A stretch of 54,440 bases of DNA from Bacteroidota bacterium (GCA_023413645.1 JAEZPN010000017.1:1-54440); one strand, 5' to 3'. Numbered from the stretch's first letter, positions 38,648-49,021 are shown. Numbers and translations are program-made. Notes: generated from the sequence alone by a model not told the origin.

Positions 38648-40582
38648 TTATAGACTAGCCTCAATCTCCTCAATCTCCTGCAACCATGCACGAGACTCAG
38701 CATCCGAAGGCATATGCAAGTCGCCACGTGGTGAGAGACCAACAGCACCCACCTTAGGACCATCAGGCATTGCCGAGCGCTTGAACTGCTGTGAGAAGAA
38801 GCGACGGAAGAATACCTTCAACCACTTAACGATAGTAGCCTCGTCATACTTATCCTCGAAAGCGATACATGCAAGCATGAAAATTTTTGACGGGGTGTAA
38901 CGACGACGTAGTGCGCAGTAGAGGAAGAAGTCGTGGAGGTCGTATGGGCCTACGATATCCTCGGTCTTCTGTGCGATATTTTCGCCATCTGCGGGGAGAA
39001 GTTCGGGGCTAACGGGTGTAGCAACGACATCACGCAATGCCTCGCGCAAAGCGCCCTCAGCACGGTTCTCGGCGTACCACTCCACCATATACTTAACCAA
39101 GGTCTTGGGCACAGAGGCGTTGATGCCATACATCGACATCTGGTCGCCGTTGTATGTTGCCCAGCCGAGTGCCAACTCGCTCATGTCGCCCGTGCCGATA
39201 ACCATGCCGTTGCACATGTTTGCTACGTCCATGAGAATCTGTGTGCGCTCGCGAGCCTGTGAGTTCTCGAATGCTACGCCACGCTCATTGGGGTCGATGC
39301 CAAGATCCTTGAAGTGCTGCTCACACGCATCCTTGATACTTATCTCGCGGAGCGTACAGCCCAACTCGCGTACCATAGTGAGTGCATTCTGGTATGTGCG
39401 ATCTGTTGTGCCGAAGCCAGGCATTGTGACACCTACGATGCCCTTACGGTCGAGACCTAAGAGGTCGAACGTATCGCATACGGCAAGAAGTGCCAATGTG
39501 GAGTCGAGACCACCAGAGATGCCGATAACGGCATTCTTGCAGTTTGTATGCTCCAGGCGCTGTGCCAAGCCGGCGCTCTGAATTGCGAATACCTCCTTAC
39601 AGTGTACTGCACGTGCTGCCTCATCCTCGGGAACGAAGTATAGAGGCTCGATGTGGCGACGTACACGGTCTGTGCGTACGATCTCGTCGACGTCGATCTC
39701 CACTACGCGCATCTCGGGAGCCTCAGGATAGTAGAAGGTGTTACGCGCTGTACGACGTGTAGAGATATACTCAACGTCGATGTCGGCGATTACCATGCGG
39801 TCGTTGCGCACGAAGCGCTCGCTAACGCCCAACACACGGCCAAGCTCCGCGATTACGGCATTACCCGCAAACACGAGGTCGCTCGACGACTCGCCATGAC
39901 CCGATGAAGCATAGACATATGCCGCCATTGTGCGTGACGACTGCTCGGCGATAAGCGAGATAAGATAGTCGTGCTTACATACCGACTCGGGCGATGCCGA
40001 GAGGTTGAACAAGAGCTTAGCACCCTGCACCGCCTGCATTGATGAGGGAGGCACGGGGACCCACATATCCTCGCAAATCTCTACGCCGAACTCCACGTTG
40101 TGGATGTCGAACAAGAGGTCGGCACCGAAGGGACACTCCTGACCCGCGAAGCGAATCATGCGGTCACGCATGCCGAAGCCCGATACCCACCAGCGGAGCT
40201 CCGAGAACTCGCCATAGTTGGGGATGTACGACTTGGGGATGATACCCCACAACACGCCCTGACCGAAGATTGCAGCGCAGTTGTAGAGGCGGTCGGCATA
40301 TACTACAGGGAGACCTACGATACCGATTGTTGGGATGTCGGCAGTCTCCTGCATGAGCCATGCAAGAGCGCTCTCCGAATCCTTCAAGAGCTTCTTCTGG
40401 AGCACCATATCGCCGCAGGTGTAGCCCACAAGCGAGAGCTCGGGCATAACGACAATCTCGACACCCTCGCGGAAGGCCTCCTGCATAATTTTGAGAGCAC
40501 CCTCGGCGTTACGACGTGCATCAGCGATGTGTACGCGAGGCACCGCCGCCGCAACTCTCATATATCCATATTGGTTGTTCAT
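38648..40582 (-). CDS. nadE: Glutamine-dependent NAD(+) synthetase
   Basis: Nitrilase domain (PEL..GY, PKSYIPNY.EF.E.R, EICEDMW) plus synthetase motifs GISGGLDS, ENSQARER, GTGDMSE, SQQFKRS. Confidence 0.96.
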   Translation of the reverse strand: MNNQYGYMRVAAAVPRVHIADARRNAEGALKIMQEAFREGVEIVVMPELSLVGYTCGDMVLQKKLLKDSESALAWLMQETADIPTIGIVGLPVVYADRLYNCAAIFGQGVLWGIIPKSYIPNYGEFSELRWWVSGFGMRDRMIRFAGQECPFGADLLFDIHNVEFGVEICEDMWVPVPPSSMQAVQGAKLLFNLSASPESVCKHDYLISLIAEQSSRTMAAYVYASSGHGESSSDLVFAGNAVIAELGRVLGVSERFVRNDRMVIADIDVEYISTRRTARNTFYYPEAPEMRVVEIDVDEIVRTDRVRRHIEPLYFVPEDEAARAVHCKEVFAIQSAGLAQRLEHTNCKNAVIGISGGLDSTLALLAVCDTFDLLGLDRKGIVGVTMPGFGTTDRTYQNALTMVRELGCTLREISIKDACEQHFKDLGIDPNERGVAFENSQARERTQILMDVANMCNGMVIGTGDMSELALGWATYNGDQMSMYGINASVPKTLVKYMVEWYAENRAEGALREALRDVVATPVSPELLPADGENIAQKTEDIVGPYDLHDFFLYCALRRRYTPSKIFMLACIAFEDKYDEATIVKWLKVFFRRFFSQQFKRSAMPDGPKVGAVGLSPRGDLHMPSDAESRAWLQEIEEIEASL

Positions 40583-40593
40583 ACTCTAATATG

Positions 40594-40686
40594 TAATGAG
40601 TAATTAGTAATGAGTAATTAGTAATAATGACATTGACAAATATATCTAACCCATTTTACTAATTGCTAATTACTAATTGCTAATTT
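40594..40686. repeat. Inverted heptamer tandem array between pepT and nadE
   Basis: TAATGAG-TAATTAG-TAATGAG-TAATTAG (40594-40621) ... CTAATTG-CTAATTA-CTAATTG-CTAATTT (40659-40686). Confidence 0.8.
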
Positions 40687-40690
40687 ATGT

Positions 40691-41908
40691 TTACTCTGTC
40701 CAGATGCGTGAAAGGTTGATGATAGTATTCATCGCCTTCTGCATTGTTGTCAACGACGCATACTCATAGCGGCCATGGAAGTTCATGCCACCAGTGAAGA
40801 TGTTGGGGCAGGGAAGACCCATGAACGAGAGGCGTGAACCATCGGTACCACCACGGATAGGCTTAACAAGAGGCTTAACACCCGCCTCAATCATGGCGCG
40901 CTTAGCCTTCTCGATAACCTGTGGGTGTGGCTCAACCATCTTACGCATGTTGTAGTACTGATCCTTGAGTGTGAGTGTGAGCACCTTCTCGCCATACTTG
41001 CGCTGGAGGAAGTTTACTACGTCCCACATAAGCTGCTTCTTAGCCTCGAACTTATCGCTGTCGTGGTCACGGATGATGTAGCTAATCTCAGCCTCCTCAA
41101 CACTACCCTTGATGCCTACGCAGTGGAAGAAACCTTCATAATGCTCAGTGAACTGAGGACGCTCGTTAGCGGGAAGAAGTGCGTTAAGCTCAGTAGCGAT
41201 GTCGATAGCGTTAATCATCTTGTTCTTCGCCATGCCGGGGTGTACGTTACGACCTGAGATAGCAATCTTAGCGCCTGCAGCGTTGAAGTTCTCATACTCC
41301 AACTCACCCTCCATGCCACCATCCATGGTGTATGCGAAGTCTGCGGCGAACTTCTTAACATCGAAGTAGTCTACGCCACGACCAATCTCCTCGTCGGGAG
41401 TGAAGCCCACGCGAATCTTGCCATGTGGCACCTCGGGGTGTGCCACGAGCCACTCCATAGCTGTCACAATCTCGGCAACACCAGCCTTATCGTCAGCACC
41501 GAGGAGTGTAGTACCGTCGGTGTGGATGAGGGTATGACCCTTGAAGAATGGCAACTCGGGGAACTCCTCAACGCGCAACCATACATCGCCGCCGAGCAAG
41601 ATGTCGCGACCATCGTAGTTCTCAACAACGTGGGGCTTAACATTTGCGCCACTCATGTCGGGAGCAGTATCCACATGCGAGATGAAGCCAATGACGGGAG
41701 TATTCTCGTAGCCCTTAGTTGCGGGAAGAGTACCCATAACATAGCCATACTCATCCATTGTCACCTCCTTGAGGCCGATTGTCTCGAGCTCCTCCTTGAG
41801 GTAGCGCAACAATACGAGCTGCTTATCGGTTGAGGGGAACGATGTGCTCGACTCATCAGCCTGAGTGTCAAACGACACATATTTAAGGAATCTATCTTTC
41901 AAATCCAT
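40691..41908 (-). CDS. pepT: Peptidase T (tripeptidase)
   Basis: SHVDTAPD, TTLLGADDKAG, FTPDEEIG, YENFNAA, PIRGGTDG, GG.NFHGRYE motifs. Confidence 0.96.
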   Translation of the reverse strand: MDLKDRFLKYVSFDTQADESSTSFPSTDKQLVLLRYLKEELETIGLKEVTMDEYGYVMGTLPATKGYENTPVIGFISHVDTAPDMSGANVKPHVVENYDGRDILLGGDVWLRVEEFPELPFFKGHTLIHTDGTTLLGADDKAGVAEIVTAMEWLVAHPEVPHGKIRVGFTPDEEIGRGVDYFDVKKFAADFAYTMDGGMEGELEYENFNAAGAKIAISGRNVHPGMAKNKMINAIDIATELNALLPANERPQFTEHYEGFFHCVGIKGSVEEAEISYIIRDHDSDKFEAKKQLMWDVVNFLQRKYGEKVLTLTLKDQYYNMRKMVEPHPQVIEKAKRAMIEAGVKPLVKPIRGGTDGSRLSFMGLPCPNIFTGGMNFHGRYEYASLTTMQKAMNTIINLSRIWTE

Positions 41909-41961
41909 AGTATAGTTTTATTTTATTGTTTCAGGTTATAATATCTGTTAAGGTGAAAATG

Positions 41962-44097
41962 TTACTCGCCAATCTTTGCGCGACGTGAGTGCCAGATGAA
42001 GTATGCGATAATCGCCACATACATCACGATGCCGAGGTACTCAGCACCCATAGAACCAGCCCAGCCACCGAGAGTGAGGTTTGCACCTGTGAATGCTATG
42101 ATAGCACTTACTACGCCCATGAGAGCACCACCAGCGATGAAACCTGAAGCGATGAGCGTACCGCGGTTGTTGTTTGCCTTAGCCTTCTCAGGGTTCTTGT
42201 GACGGTTAACAGCCCAGTTTACCAAACCACCAACAACGAGAGGTGCGTTAAGGTTCATAGGGATAAACATACCGAGTGCGAAGGGCAATGCGGGAACATT
42301 GATGAGTGTGAGCACAAGAATAAGACCTGCACCGATGCCGTAGAGCAACCATGGTGTGACACCACCGGTCATCAAAGGCTTAATAACCGCTGCCATAGCA
42401 TTTGCCTGGGGTGCTGCGAGCTCGCTGTTACCAGCAAAGCCGTAAGTCTCGTTCATGATGATCATAACGCCCGCAACAGTAGCTGCCGAAACGAATGTAC
42501 CAACGAACTTCCATGTCTGCTGCTTCTTGGGTGTTGTGCCGAGCCAGTAGCCCACCTTAAGGTCGGTGATAAAGCCACCCGCCATTGAGAGGGCTGTACA
42601 TACCACGCCACCAATTACAAGTGCTGCAATCATACCTGAGTTACCCTCCAAGCCGATTGATACAAGCACCAATGACGAGAGGATAAGGGTCATCAATGTC
42701 ATACCCGACACGGGGTTAGAGCCCACGATAGCGATTGCGTTAGCAGCAACCGTAGTGAAGAGGAATGCGATAACGAATACGATAGCCAAGGCCACTGCTG
42801 TCTGCATCCAGTTGCCAAGTACACCAAACTGGAAGAAGAAGAATGTTGCAACGAGTGCCGCGATGATAATCGAAAGGATAAGCTTCATAGAGATATCGCG
42901 CTGTGTGCGAGACTCTACGCCGACTGTCTTCTTACCCAAGAACTCGTTCTTTGCCAATACCAAGGCGCTCTTGATGATGCCCGCCTGGCGCACGATGCCG
43001 ATAAGACCTGCCATTGCGATACCACCGATACCGATAGGACGACCGATATATTTGTAGAGGTTCTCAGCTGTGAAGACCAAAGACTTCTGACTAAGCACGG
43101 TGTTATATGCTGTACCCTCAGCGTAGCCTGTAACCTCGAAGAAGTCAGCAGGGTTAGCCTGGATTGCTGCAATCTGTGCAGGATCTGTGATGCTGAAGAT
43201 TGTGATGAGCTGATCTGCCGAGAGCGTCTCGAAGATATCCTTACCCGAGTAGCCGAACATCTGCGCGAAGGCAAATGGGTCGACTATGTTCTCCACAGAG
43301 CCTACGAGGGGCACGATGAAGAACCAAACGAGTGCAGAACCCGCAGTGATGATAAGGGCATACTTCAAACCAATGATGTAACCCAAACCGAGCACCGCAG
43401 CCGAGGTGTTGATGCCAAACGCAAGCTTGAACTTCGTTGCGAGAGTCTGACCCCAACCCCAAATCTGTGTAGAGATAGCGCTTGACCATGCACCGAATGT
43501 CGACACTACAAAGTCGTAGAGACCACCGATGAGACCTGCTACCACGAGAATCTTAGCCTGAGAACCTCCCTTCTCACCCGACACGAGCACCTCTGTAGTT
43601 GCTGTAGCCTCGGGGAAGGGGTACTTACCGTGCATCTCCTTCACGAAGTACTTACGGAATGGAATCATGAGGGCGATACCCAAGATACCACCGAGCAATG
43701 ATGAGAGGAATACCTGATAGAAGTGAGCCTCGAGACCGAGGATGTAGAGTGCGGGGAGTGTGAAGATAGCACCCGCCACGATTACGCCCGACGAAGCACC
43801 GATACTCTGGATGATGACATTCTGTCCGAGCATATTCTTCTTACCACACATCTGGCCGATACCTACGGCGATGATGGCGATGGGAATAGCTGCCTCGAAT
43901 ACCTGACCAACCTTAAGGCCGAGATATGCTGCCGCAGCCGAGAAGATAACGGCCATAACAAGACCAAGGGTCACTGAGTAGGGGGTAACCTCGCGTGGCT
44001 GAGTATGCGCACCCATCACTGGCTGGTACTCCTCACCCGCCTTAAGTTCACGATAGGCGTTCTCTGGAAGTGAAGTTTTAATCTGTTCCTGTTGCAT
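41962..44097 (-). CDS. OPT-family oligopeptide transporter
   Basis: YLGLKVG, AGAIFTLPA, PFPEATA, NPVSGMT, TDLKVGY.LG.TP..QQ, APQANAMA motifs; TATCTTTG promoter on minus at 44138-44145. Confidence 0.92.
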   Translation of the reverse strand: MQQEQIKTSLPENAYRELKAGEEYQPVMGAHTQPREVTPYSVTLGLVMAVIFSAAAAYLGLKVGQVFEAAIPIAIIAVGIGQMCGKKNMLGQNVIIQSIGASSGVIVAGAIFTLPALYILGLEAHFYQVFLSSLLGGILGIALMIPFRKYFVKEMHGKYPFPEATATTEVLVSGEKGGSQAKILVVAGLIGGLYDFVVSTFGAWSSAISTQIWGWGQTLATKFKLAFGINTSAAVLGLGYIIGLKYALIITAGSALVWFFIVPLVGSVENIVDPFAFAQMFGYSGKDIFETLSADQLITIFSITDPAQIAAIQANPADFFEVTGYAEGTAYNTVLSQKSLVFTAENLYKYIGRPIGIGGIAMAGLIGIVRQAGIIKSALVLAKNEFLGKKTVGVESRTQRDISMKLILSIIIAALVATFFFFQFGVLGNWMQTAVALAIVFVIAFLFTTVAANAIAIVGSNPVSGMTLMTLILSSLVLVSIGLEGNSGMIAALVIGGVVCTALSMAGGFITDLKVGYWLGTTPKKQQTWKFVGTFVSAATVAGVMIIMNETYGFAGNSELAAPQANAMAAVIKPLMTGGVTPWLLYGIGAGLILVLTLINVPALPFALGMFIPMNLNAPLVVGGLVNWAVNRHKNPEKAKANNNRGTLIASGFIAGGALMGVVSAIIAFTGANLTLGGWAGSMGAEYLGIVMYVAIIAYFIWHSRRAKIGE

Positions 44098-44191
44098 AGT
44101 ATTGTGTTATTAGTAATTATATACGCATAGAATTGTACAAAGATACGAAAAATATCCAAACATCAAAACTCTCGCGTATAAAAATAGGTAT

Positions 44192-44224
44192 AAAAGAAGG
44201 GGACATCCTTAAAGGACATCCCCT
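44192..44224 (-). terminator. Probable intrinsic terminator after miaB
   Basis: Minus-strand AGGGGATGTCCTT-T-AAGGATGTCCCCT followed by TCTTTT. Confidence 0.6.
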
Positions 44225-44246
44225 ATTTTCGTGTTACTGAAGGCGA

Positions 44247-45599
44247 TTACTCAACCACCTCACCAAAGAGCGTTGCACTCGAACAGCCCGTGATGCGCAC
44301 CTTAACGTAGTCACCAACCTTGAAGTTGTGGCGGTCGAAAACAACCATCTTATTCTGCGATGTGCGGCCCGAGAGCTGCTCCTCGCTACGCTTAGATGTG
44401 CACTCTACAAGGATCTCGAACTCCTTGCCGATGTCGCGCTTGTTGCTCTCTTCCGAGAGTTTATTCTGCAAGTCGATAATCTCTGTCAAGCGGCGTGTCT
44501 TAACATCCTCGGGGATGTCGTCGCCGAGGTTACGCTGTGCGAATGTACCAGGACGCTCCGAGTACTTGAACATATAGGCGAAGTCGTAGCCCACCTCGCG
44601 CATAAGCGAGAGTGTTGCCTCGTGCTCCTCCTCCGTTTCGTGCGCAAAACCCGCAATGAGGTCGGTGGTGATAGCACAATCGGGCATGTAGCGACGTATA
44701 GCCTCAACACGCTCCAAGTACCACTCGCGAGTATATTTGCGGTTCATGCGCTTGAGCATCTCTGTTGAGCCCGACTGCGCAGGGAGGTGTATAGCACGGC
44801 AGATATTGGGCATCGACGCCATGGTCTCGAGGAGCTTGTCGCTAATATCCTTGGGGTGTGACGTAGCAAAGCGCACACGCAACAGAGGCGAAATCTCTGC
44901 CACCTGCTTCAACAACTCCGGAAAATCGACATCACCCGTGCGGTATGAGTTCACGTTCTGACCGAGAAGCGTCACCTCGCGGTAGCCATTCTCGAAGAGC
45001 GTACGTGCCTCAGCAACAATAGTTTTCGCATCGCGGCTACGCTCGATACCTCGTGTGTAGGGCACAACGCAGTATGAGCAGTAGTTGTTACAGCCACGCA
45101 TGATGGCGATAAAGGCACTCACGCCATTTCTATCGAGGCGAACGGGGGCAATCTCGGCGTATGTCTCCTCCTTCGAGAGCTCTACATTTACACCCGTAGA
45201 GCCACCATCAACCTCGCGAACAAGGCGTGGAAGGTCGCGGTATGAGTCGGGACCAGCAACGATGTCTACACCCGTGCCACCCTTTGTCAAATCCTCCTTT
45301 AGGCGCTCAGCCATACAGCCGATGATACCGATGATGAGCGAGGGTTTCTTCTTGCGCATGTGGCGCATCTCGCTCAAACGACCCCAGATGCGCTGCTCGG
45401 CATTATCGCGGATAGAGCAGGTGTTGATAAGCACGATGTCGGCCTCCTCAAGGCTCTCGGTATAGCGAAAGCCCTCCTGCTGCATGATAGATACCACGAT
45501 CTCCGAGTCGCCGACGTTCATCTGGCAACCATATGTCTCGATGTATAGTTTACGACCACTACCTGTGAGTGGTCGCAAATTATTGATATTTACGTTCAT
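44247..45599 (-). CDS. miaB: tRNA-2-methylthio-N6-dimethylallyladenosine synthase
   Basis: TYGCQMN..DSE, NTCSIRDNAE, GCMAE, radical-SAM CNNYCSYC, C-terminal TRAM domain. Confidence 0.96.
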   Translation of the reverse strand: MNVNINNLRPLTGSGRKLYIETYGCQMNVGDSEIVVSIMQQEGFRYTESLEEADIVLINTCSIRDNAEQRIWGRLSEMRHMRKKKPSLIIGIIGCMAERLKEDLTKGGTGVDIVAGPDSYRDLPRLVREVDGGSTGVNVELSKEETYAEIAPVRLDRNGVSAFIAIMRGCNNYCSYCVVPYTRGIERSRDAKTIVAEARTLFENGYREVTLLGQNVNSYRTGDVDFPELLKQVAEISPLLRVRFATSHPKDISDKLLETMASMPNICRAIHLPAQSGSTEMLKRMNRKYTREWYLERVEAIRRYMPDCAITTDLIAGFAHETEEEHEATLSLMREVGYDFAYMFKYSERPGTFAQRNLGDDIPEDVKTRRLTEIIDLQNKLSEESNKRDIGKEFEILVECTSKRSEEQLSGRTSQNKMVVFDRHNFKVGDYVKVRITGCSSATLFGEVVE

Positions 45600-45642
45600 A
45601 TACTTTATTAAAAGTGTTTAGGGATAAAACCCCTGGTAGTTA

Positions 45643-45766
45643 TAGAAATTGTATAATTGGAGTTAGTTTTAGGCATGCGAAACTCACGAAACCGCAGTTT
45701 ACTAAGCGTAAATGAGGATTTCGTGAGTGAGCATAACGCCAAAATAACCCAATTAGACGATTTCTA
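45643..45766 (+). repeat. 124 bp ERIC/RPE-like palindromic element (second family)
   Basis: TA-bounded long IR TAGAAAT...ATTTCTA with core CTCACGAAACCGCAGTTTAC-TAAGC-GTAAATGAGGATTTCGTGAG; lies 1 nt from the stop of the YitT gene. Confidence 0.75.
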
Positions 45767-45767
45767 A

Positions 45768-46787
45768 TTATTCGGTGGGCATTGCGTCCTCCTCAGGGAA
45801 TGGCTTAAAGCCCTGACCAAAGGTATCGTACGCATCGGTAACAACCACGAATGCACGAGGGTCGAACTCCTTAATCTTCTGCTGTACGCTGCGCACCTCA
45901 CGACGACTTACAACGAGGAAGATCATCTCCTTCTCATCCTGAGTGTACATACCCTTAGCCTTGAGGTAGGTACCGCCACGATCGAGGTCCTTAAGGATAT
46001 ACTCGCGCATAGCCTCAGAGTGCTCATTGCAGATGATATAGAGGAGTTTATCGCGTGAAGCACCGTCGATTGTATAACCCAAAATCTTAGCATTCACGAA
46101 GATACAAACGCCAGAGTAGAGCGACAAGAGGAGACCTGCACCCTCCTTACCATCGGGCAGACCAACGCCGAAGCCGATAACTACAAGACCGCTCAATACG
46201 ATAAGGGCATCAGAGAGAAGCACGCCATTTGCGAACTTCATCTTAGCGAACTTATGAAGGAGCATACCTGTAATATCTGTACCACCTGTTGCAGCGTTGT
46301 TGCGGATAACGATACCTACGCCAACACCACTCAAGCAACCACCGATGATAGCGGCAAGGAGCAAGTGATCTGAAAGGTCGATGTAACCGTTGAGAAGGAG
46401 CGTTGGGTCGAGTGCCTTGATAGCAGCCGAGTTAGGATATACGAGGTAGTCGAGCAAGTTCATAAGACCTGGAGTCACGAACGATGCGAAGATTGTACGA
46501 CCGCCGAGCTTACCACCAAAGATAAGTATAGCTGTGAGGATGAGGGGCACATCGAACATATAGCCGAAGGTACCAACCTGGATTGATGGGAAGAGATTGT
46601 GAAGCACCAAAGCGAGACCATAGATACCGCCAGGCACAAGTTTATAGGGGTTGATGAATACTACAAAAGCAAGTGCAACGAGCAAACAACCCAGAACAAT
46701 CTGTCCGATAGAAGACCACCAACGCCAATCAGTTACAGACTCTTTTGCAGAGACTGCCATGTCGGCAAAGCTAAATTTCAATTTCAT
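45768..46787 (-). CDS. YitT-family membrane protein
   Basis: PYKLVPGGIYG, ATGGTDI, RGGT....GMYT, DPRAFVVV.DAYD..G.GF motifs. Start uncertain; set to ATG 46787. Confidence 0.88.
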   Translation of the reverse strand: MKLKFSFADMAVSAKESVTDWRWWSSIGQIVLGCLLVALAFVVFINPYKLVPGGIYGLALVLHNLFPSIQVGTFGYMFDVPLILTAILIFGGKLGGRTIFASFVTPGLMNLLDYLVYPNSAAIKALDPTLLLNGYIDLSDHLLLAAIIGGCLSGVGVGIVIRNNAATGGTDITGMLLHKFAKMKFANGVLLSDALIVLSGLVVIGFGVGLPDGKEGAGLLLSLYSGVCIFVNAKILGYTIDGASRDKLLYIICNEHSEAMREYILKDLDRGGTYLKAKGMYTQDEKEMIFLVVSRREVRSVQQKIKEFDPRAFVVVTDAYDTFGQGFKPFPEEDAMPTE

Positions 46788-47002
46788 AAATATGCAATTA
46801 TGTAGTTTTAACAAACAAATTTAGACATTTTTTTTGAAACTGCAATATTTAGTCTCAATTTTTCCAATTATCGTCGCTTGAAGTGGGCGCAGGATTAGTG
46901 AGTATAATTTTGTTATTTTCATTTTTTGTTTTAACTTTGTATTGTGCGCCGGGATTATCCCATCAACATTTTCTCGGCTATAACCCTCAAAAACAGAATT
47001 TT

Positions 47003-47713
47003 ATGACATGGACATTTGAAATATGTATTATTGTAGCACTTATACTTATTGTTGCATATCTGCTTGGTTCAATACCAAGTGCCGTGTGGATTGGTAAGAA
47101 ATATTATGGCATAGATATTCGCGAACACGGCTCTAAAAATGCAGGCACAACCAATATGCTTCGCGTGTTGGGTAAGCGTGCCGCAGCCCCCGTATTCGTC
47201 ATCGACTTTCTCAAGGGTTACATCGCCGTAATTATCACAGGGCTTGCTCCCGTAAGCGAGGAGTGGGAGATTAATCTCCGACTTATCGCCACCGTAGCCG
47301 TTGTTTTGGGTCACATCTTCCCAATCTTTGCAGGCTTTAAAGGGGGCAAAGGTGTTGCTACAATCCTCGGTGCTGGTTTAGGCATATACACACCAATTTT
47401 GCTCATGTGCTTCGGTGTGTGGTGCTTCGTATTTGCCGTATGGCACTACGTGTCGCTCGCATCGATGGTGGCGGGATGCTGCTATCCCTTCTTTGTTACG
47501 ATATTTATGATCATGTCGGCCAAGCCCGAGACCCCCGTATTCAGCAGCATACCTTTTATCGTATTCTCGTGGTTGGTGGCAGTGATGCTCGTATGGACAC
47601 ACCGCAAGAATATCTCTCGCCTGCGCGATGGCACTGAGTCTCAGATACATCTTTGGGGTGCGGAGTCAAACCCAGAGAAGAAGGAAGAGGTAAAGGAAGA
47701 GGAGAAACAATAA
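47003..47713 (+). CDS. plsY: Glycerol-3-phosphate acyltransferase
   Basis: AYLLGSIP, GSKNAGTTN.LR, LGHIFPIF..FKGGKGVAT, HRKNI.RL..G.E motifs; TAACTTTG promoter at 46932-46939. Confidence 0.94.
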   Translation: MTWTFEICIIVALILIVAYLLGSIPSAVWIGKKYYGIDIREHGSKNAGTTNMLRVLGKRAAAPVFVIDFLKGYIAVIITGLAPVSEEWEINLRLIATVAVVLGHIFPIFAGFKGGKGVATILGAGLGIYTPILLMCFGVWCFVFAVWHYVSLASMVAGCCYPFFVTIFMIMSAKPETPVFSSIPFIVFSWLVAVMLVWTHRKNISRLRDGTESQIHLWGAESNPEKKEEVKEEEKQ

Positions 47714-47731
47714 CAACTTATATATATAATA

Positions 47732-49021
47732 ATGAGAAGATTTATCTGCTTTGCAGTGGCAATGCTCGCAGCATATGCGGTCAATGCCCAGGATTTCGAC
47801 ACCAACTTCAACGATGCTACGCTTCGCATCGACTATACACTCATGGGTAACGCCCACGAGCAGCATGTGGCACTCCGCGACATGAGTTCTACGGAGAACT
47901 GGTGGGGACGCCGCGTAAACCTCAGCAACGTGCCCTTAGAGGGAAATGGCGACCTTACGCTCTACGATGCCGAGACACGCGAGGTATTGTACAAAACATC
48001 GTTCTCGTCACTCTTCCAGGAGTGGATCACAACACCCGAGGCTGCGACAATAACCAAGAGCTTCGAGTTCACACTTCTTGTTCCCATGCCTCAGCGCGCT
48101 GCCATCGCCGAGATGGTGCTCCGCGACAACACTGGCAAGGAGAGCAAGCTTGCTCACACCATCGACCCCGCAGACGTGCTTATCCGCGACCGTAGCAACC
48201 AGCGCCCCGTACCCCACAGCTACACACACAAGGGTGGCGACTCTAAGGAGTGTATCGACGTTGTAATCCTCGCTGAGGGCTACCGCATCGACGAGATGGA
48301 CACATTCATGGAGGATGCCATGATTACCACATCGGAGATTCTCTCTTACGAGCCGTTCAAGAGCCACAAAGAGAAGTTTAATTTTATTGCGGTGTATAGC
48401 GCGTCTACCGACACTAATGTGAGCGTACCCCAGGAGGAGGCATGGTGCGACACTGCCATAGGTTCAAACTTCATGACATTCTACATGGAGCGCTACCTCA
48501 CTTCAGGCGAGGTATATGCGATGTACGATTTGGCTACGAACATCCCTTGCGAGCACTTTATAATCCTCGCAAACACAGGTACTTATGGTGGCGGAGGCAT
48601 CTACAACTCTTACACTCTCACAACAGCACACCACCCTGCATTCCGCCCCGTTGTGGTGCATGAGTTTGGTCACTCGTTTGGTGGCCTCGGTGACGAGTAT
48701 TTCTATGAGACTACCGACAATAATGACGAGATGCACTCACTCTCACACGAGCCATGGGAGCCCAACATCACTACACTCGTAGACTTCGAGTCGAAGTGGG
48801 CAGATATGGTAGCCGAGGGTATCGAGATTCCTACAAAGGTGACCGAGGAGCGCTCAGAGAACTACGTAGTAGGTGTCTATGAGGGTGGCGGTTATCGTTC
48901 TAAGGGCATCTATCGTCCTGTTGACGTATGCCGCATGCGCAACAACACAGCAGAGCGTTTCTGCCCCGTGTGCGAGCGCGCATTGGAGCGTGTGATTCTC
49001 CATCAGACCGTTAGCGAGTAA
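47732..49021 (+). CDS. M64-family metallopeptidase (IgA peptidase-like), exported
   Basis: Signal peptide; ILAEGY, YGGGGIYN, HEFGHSFGGLGDEY, YEGGGY, C.MR...FCPVC motifs. Confidence 0.9.
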   Translation: MRRFICFAVAMLAAYAVNAQDFDTNFNDATLRIDYTLMGNAHEQHVALRDMSSTENWWGRRVNLSNVPLEGNGDLTLYDAETREVLYKTSFSSLFQEWITTPEAATITKSFEFTLLVPMPQRAAIAEMVLRDNTGKESKLAHTIDPADVLIRDRSNQRPVPHSYTHKGGDSKECIDVVILAEGYRIDEMDTFMEDAMITTSEILSYEPFKSHKEKFNFIAVYSASTDTNVSVPQEEAWCDTAIGSNFMTFYMERYLTSGEVYAMYDLATNIPCEHFIILANTGTYGGGGIYNSYTLTTAHHPAFRPVVVHEFGHSFGGLGDEYFYETTDNNDEMHSLSHEPWEPNITTLVDFESKWADMVAEGIEIPTKVTEERSENYVVGVYEGGGYRSKGIYRPVDVCRMRNNTAERFCPVCERALERVILHQTVSE

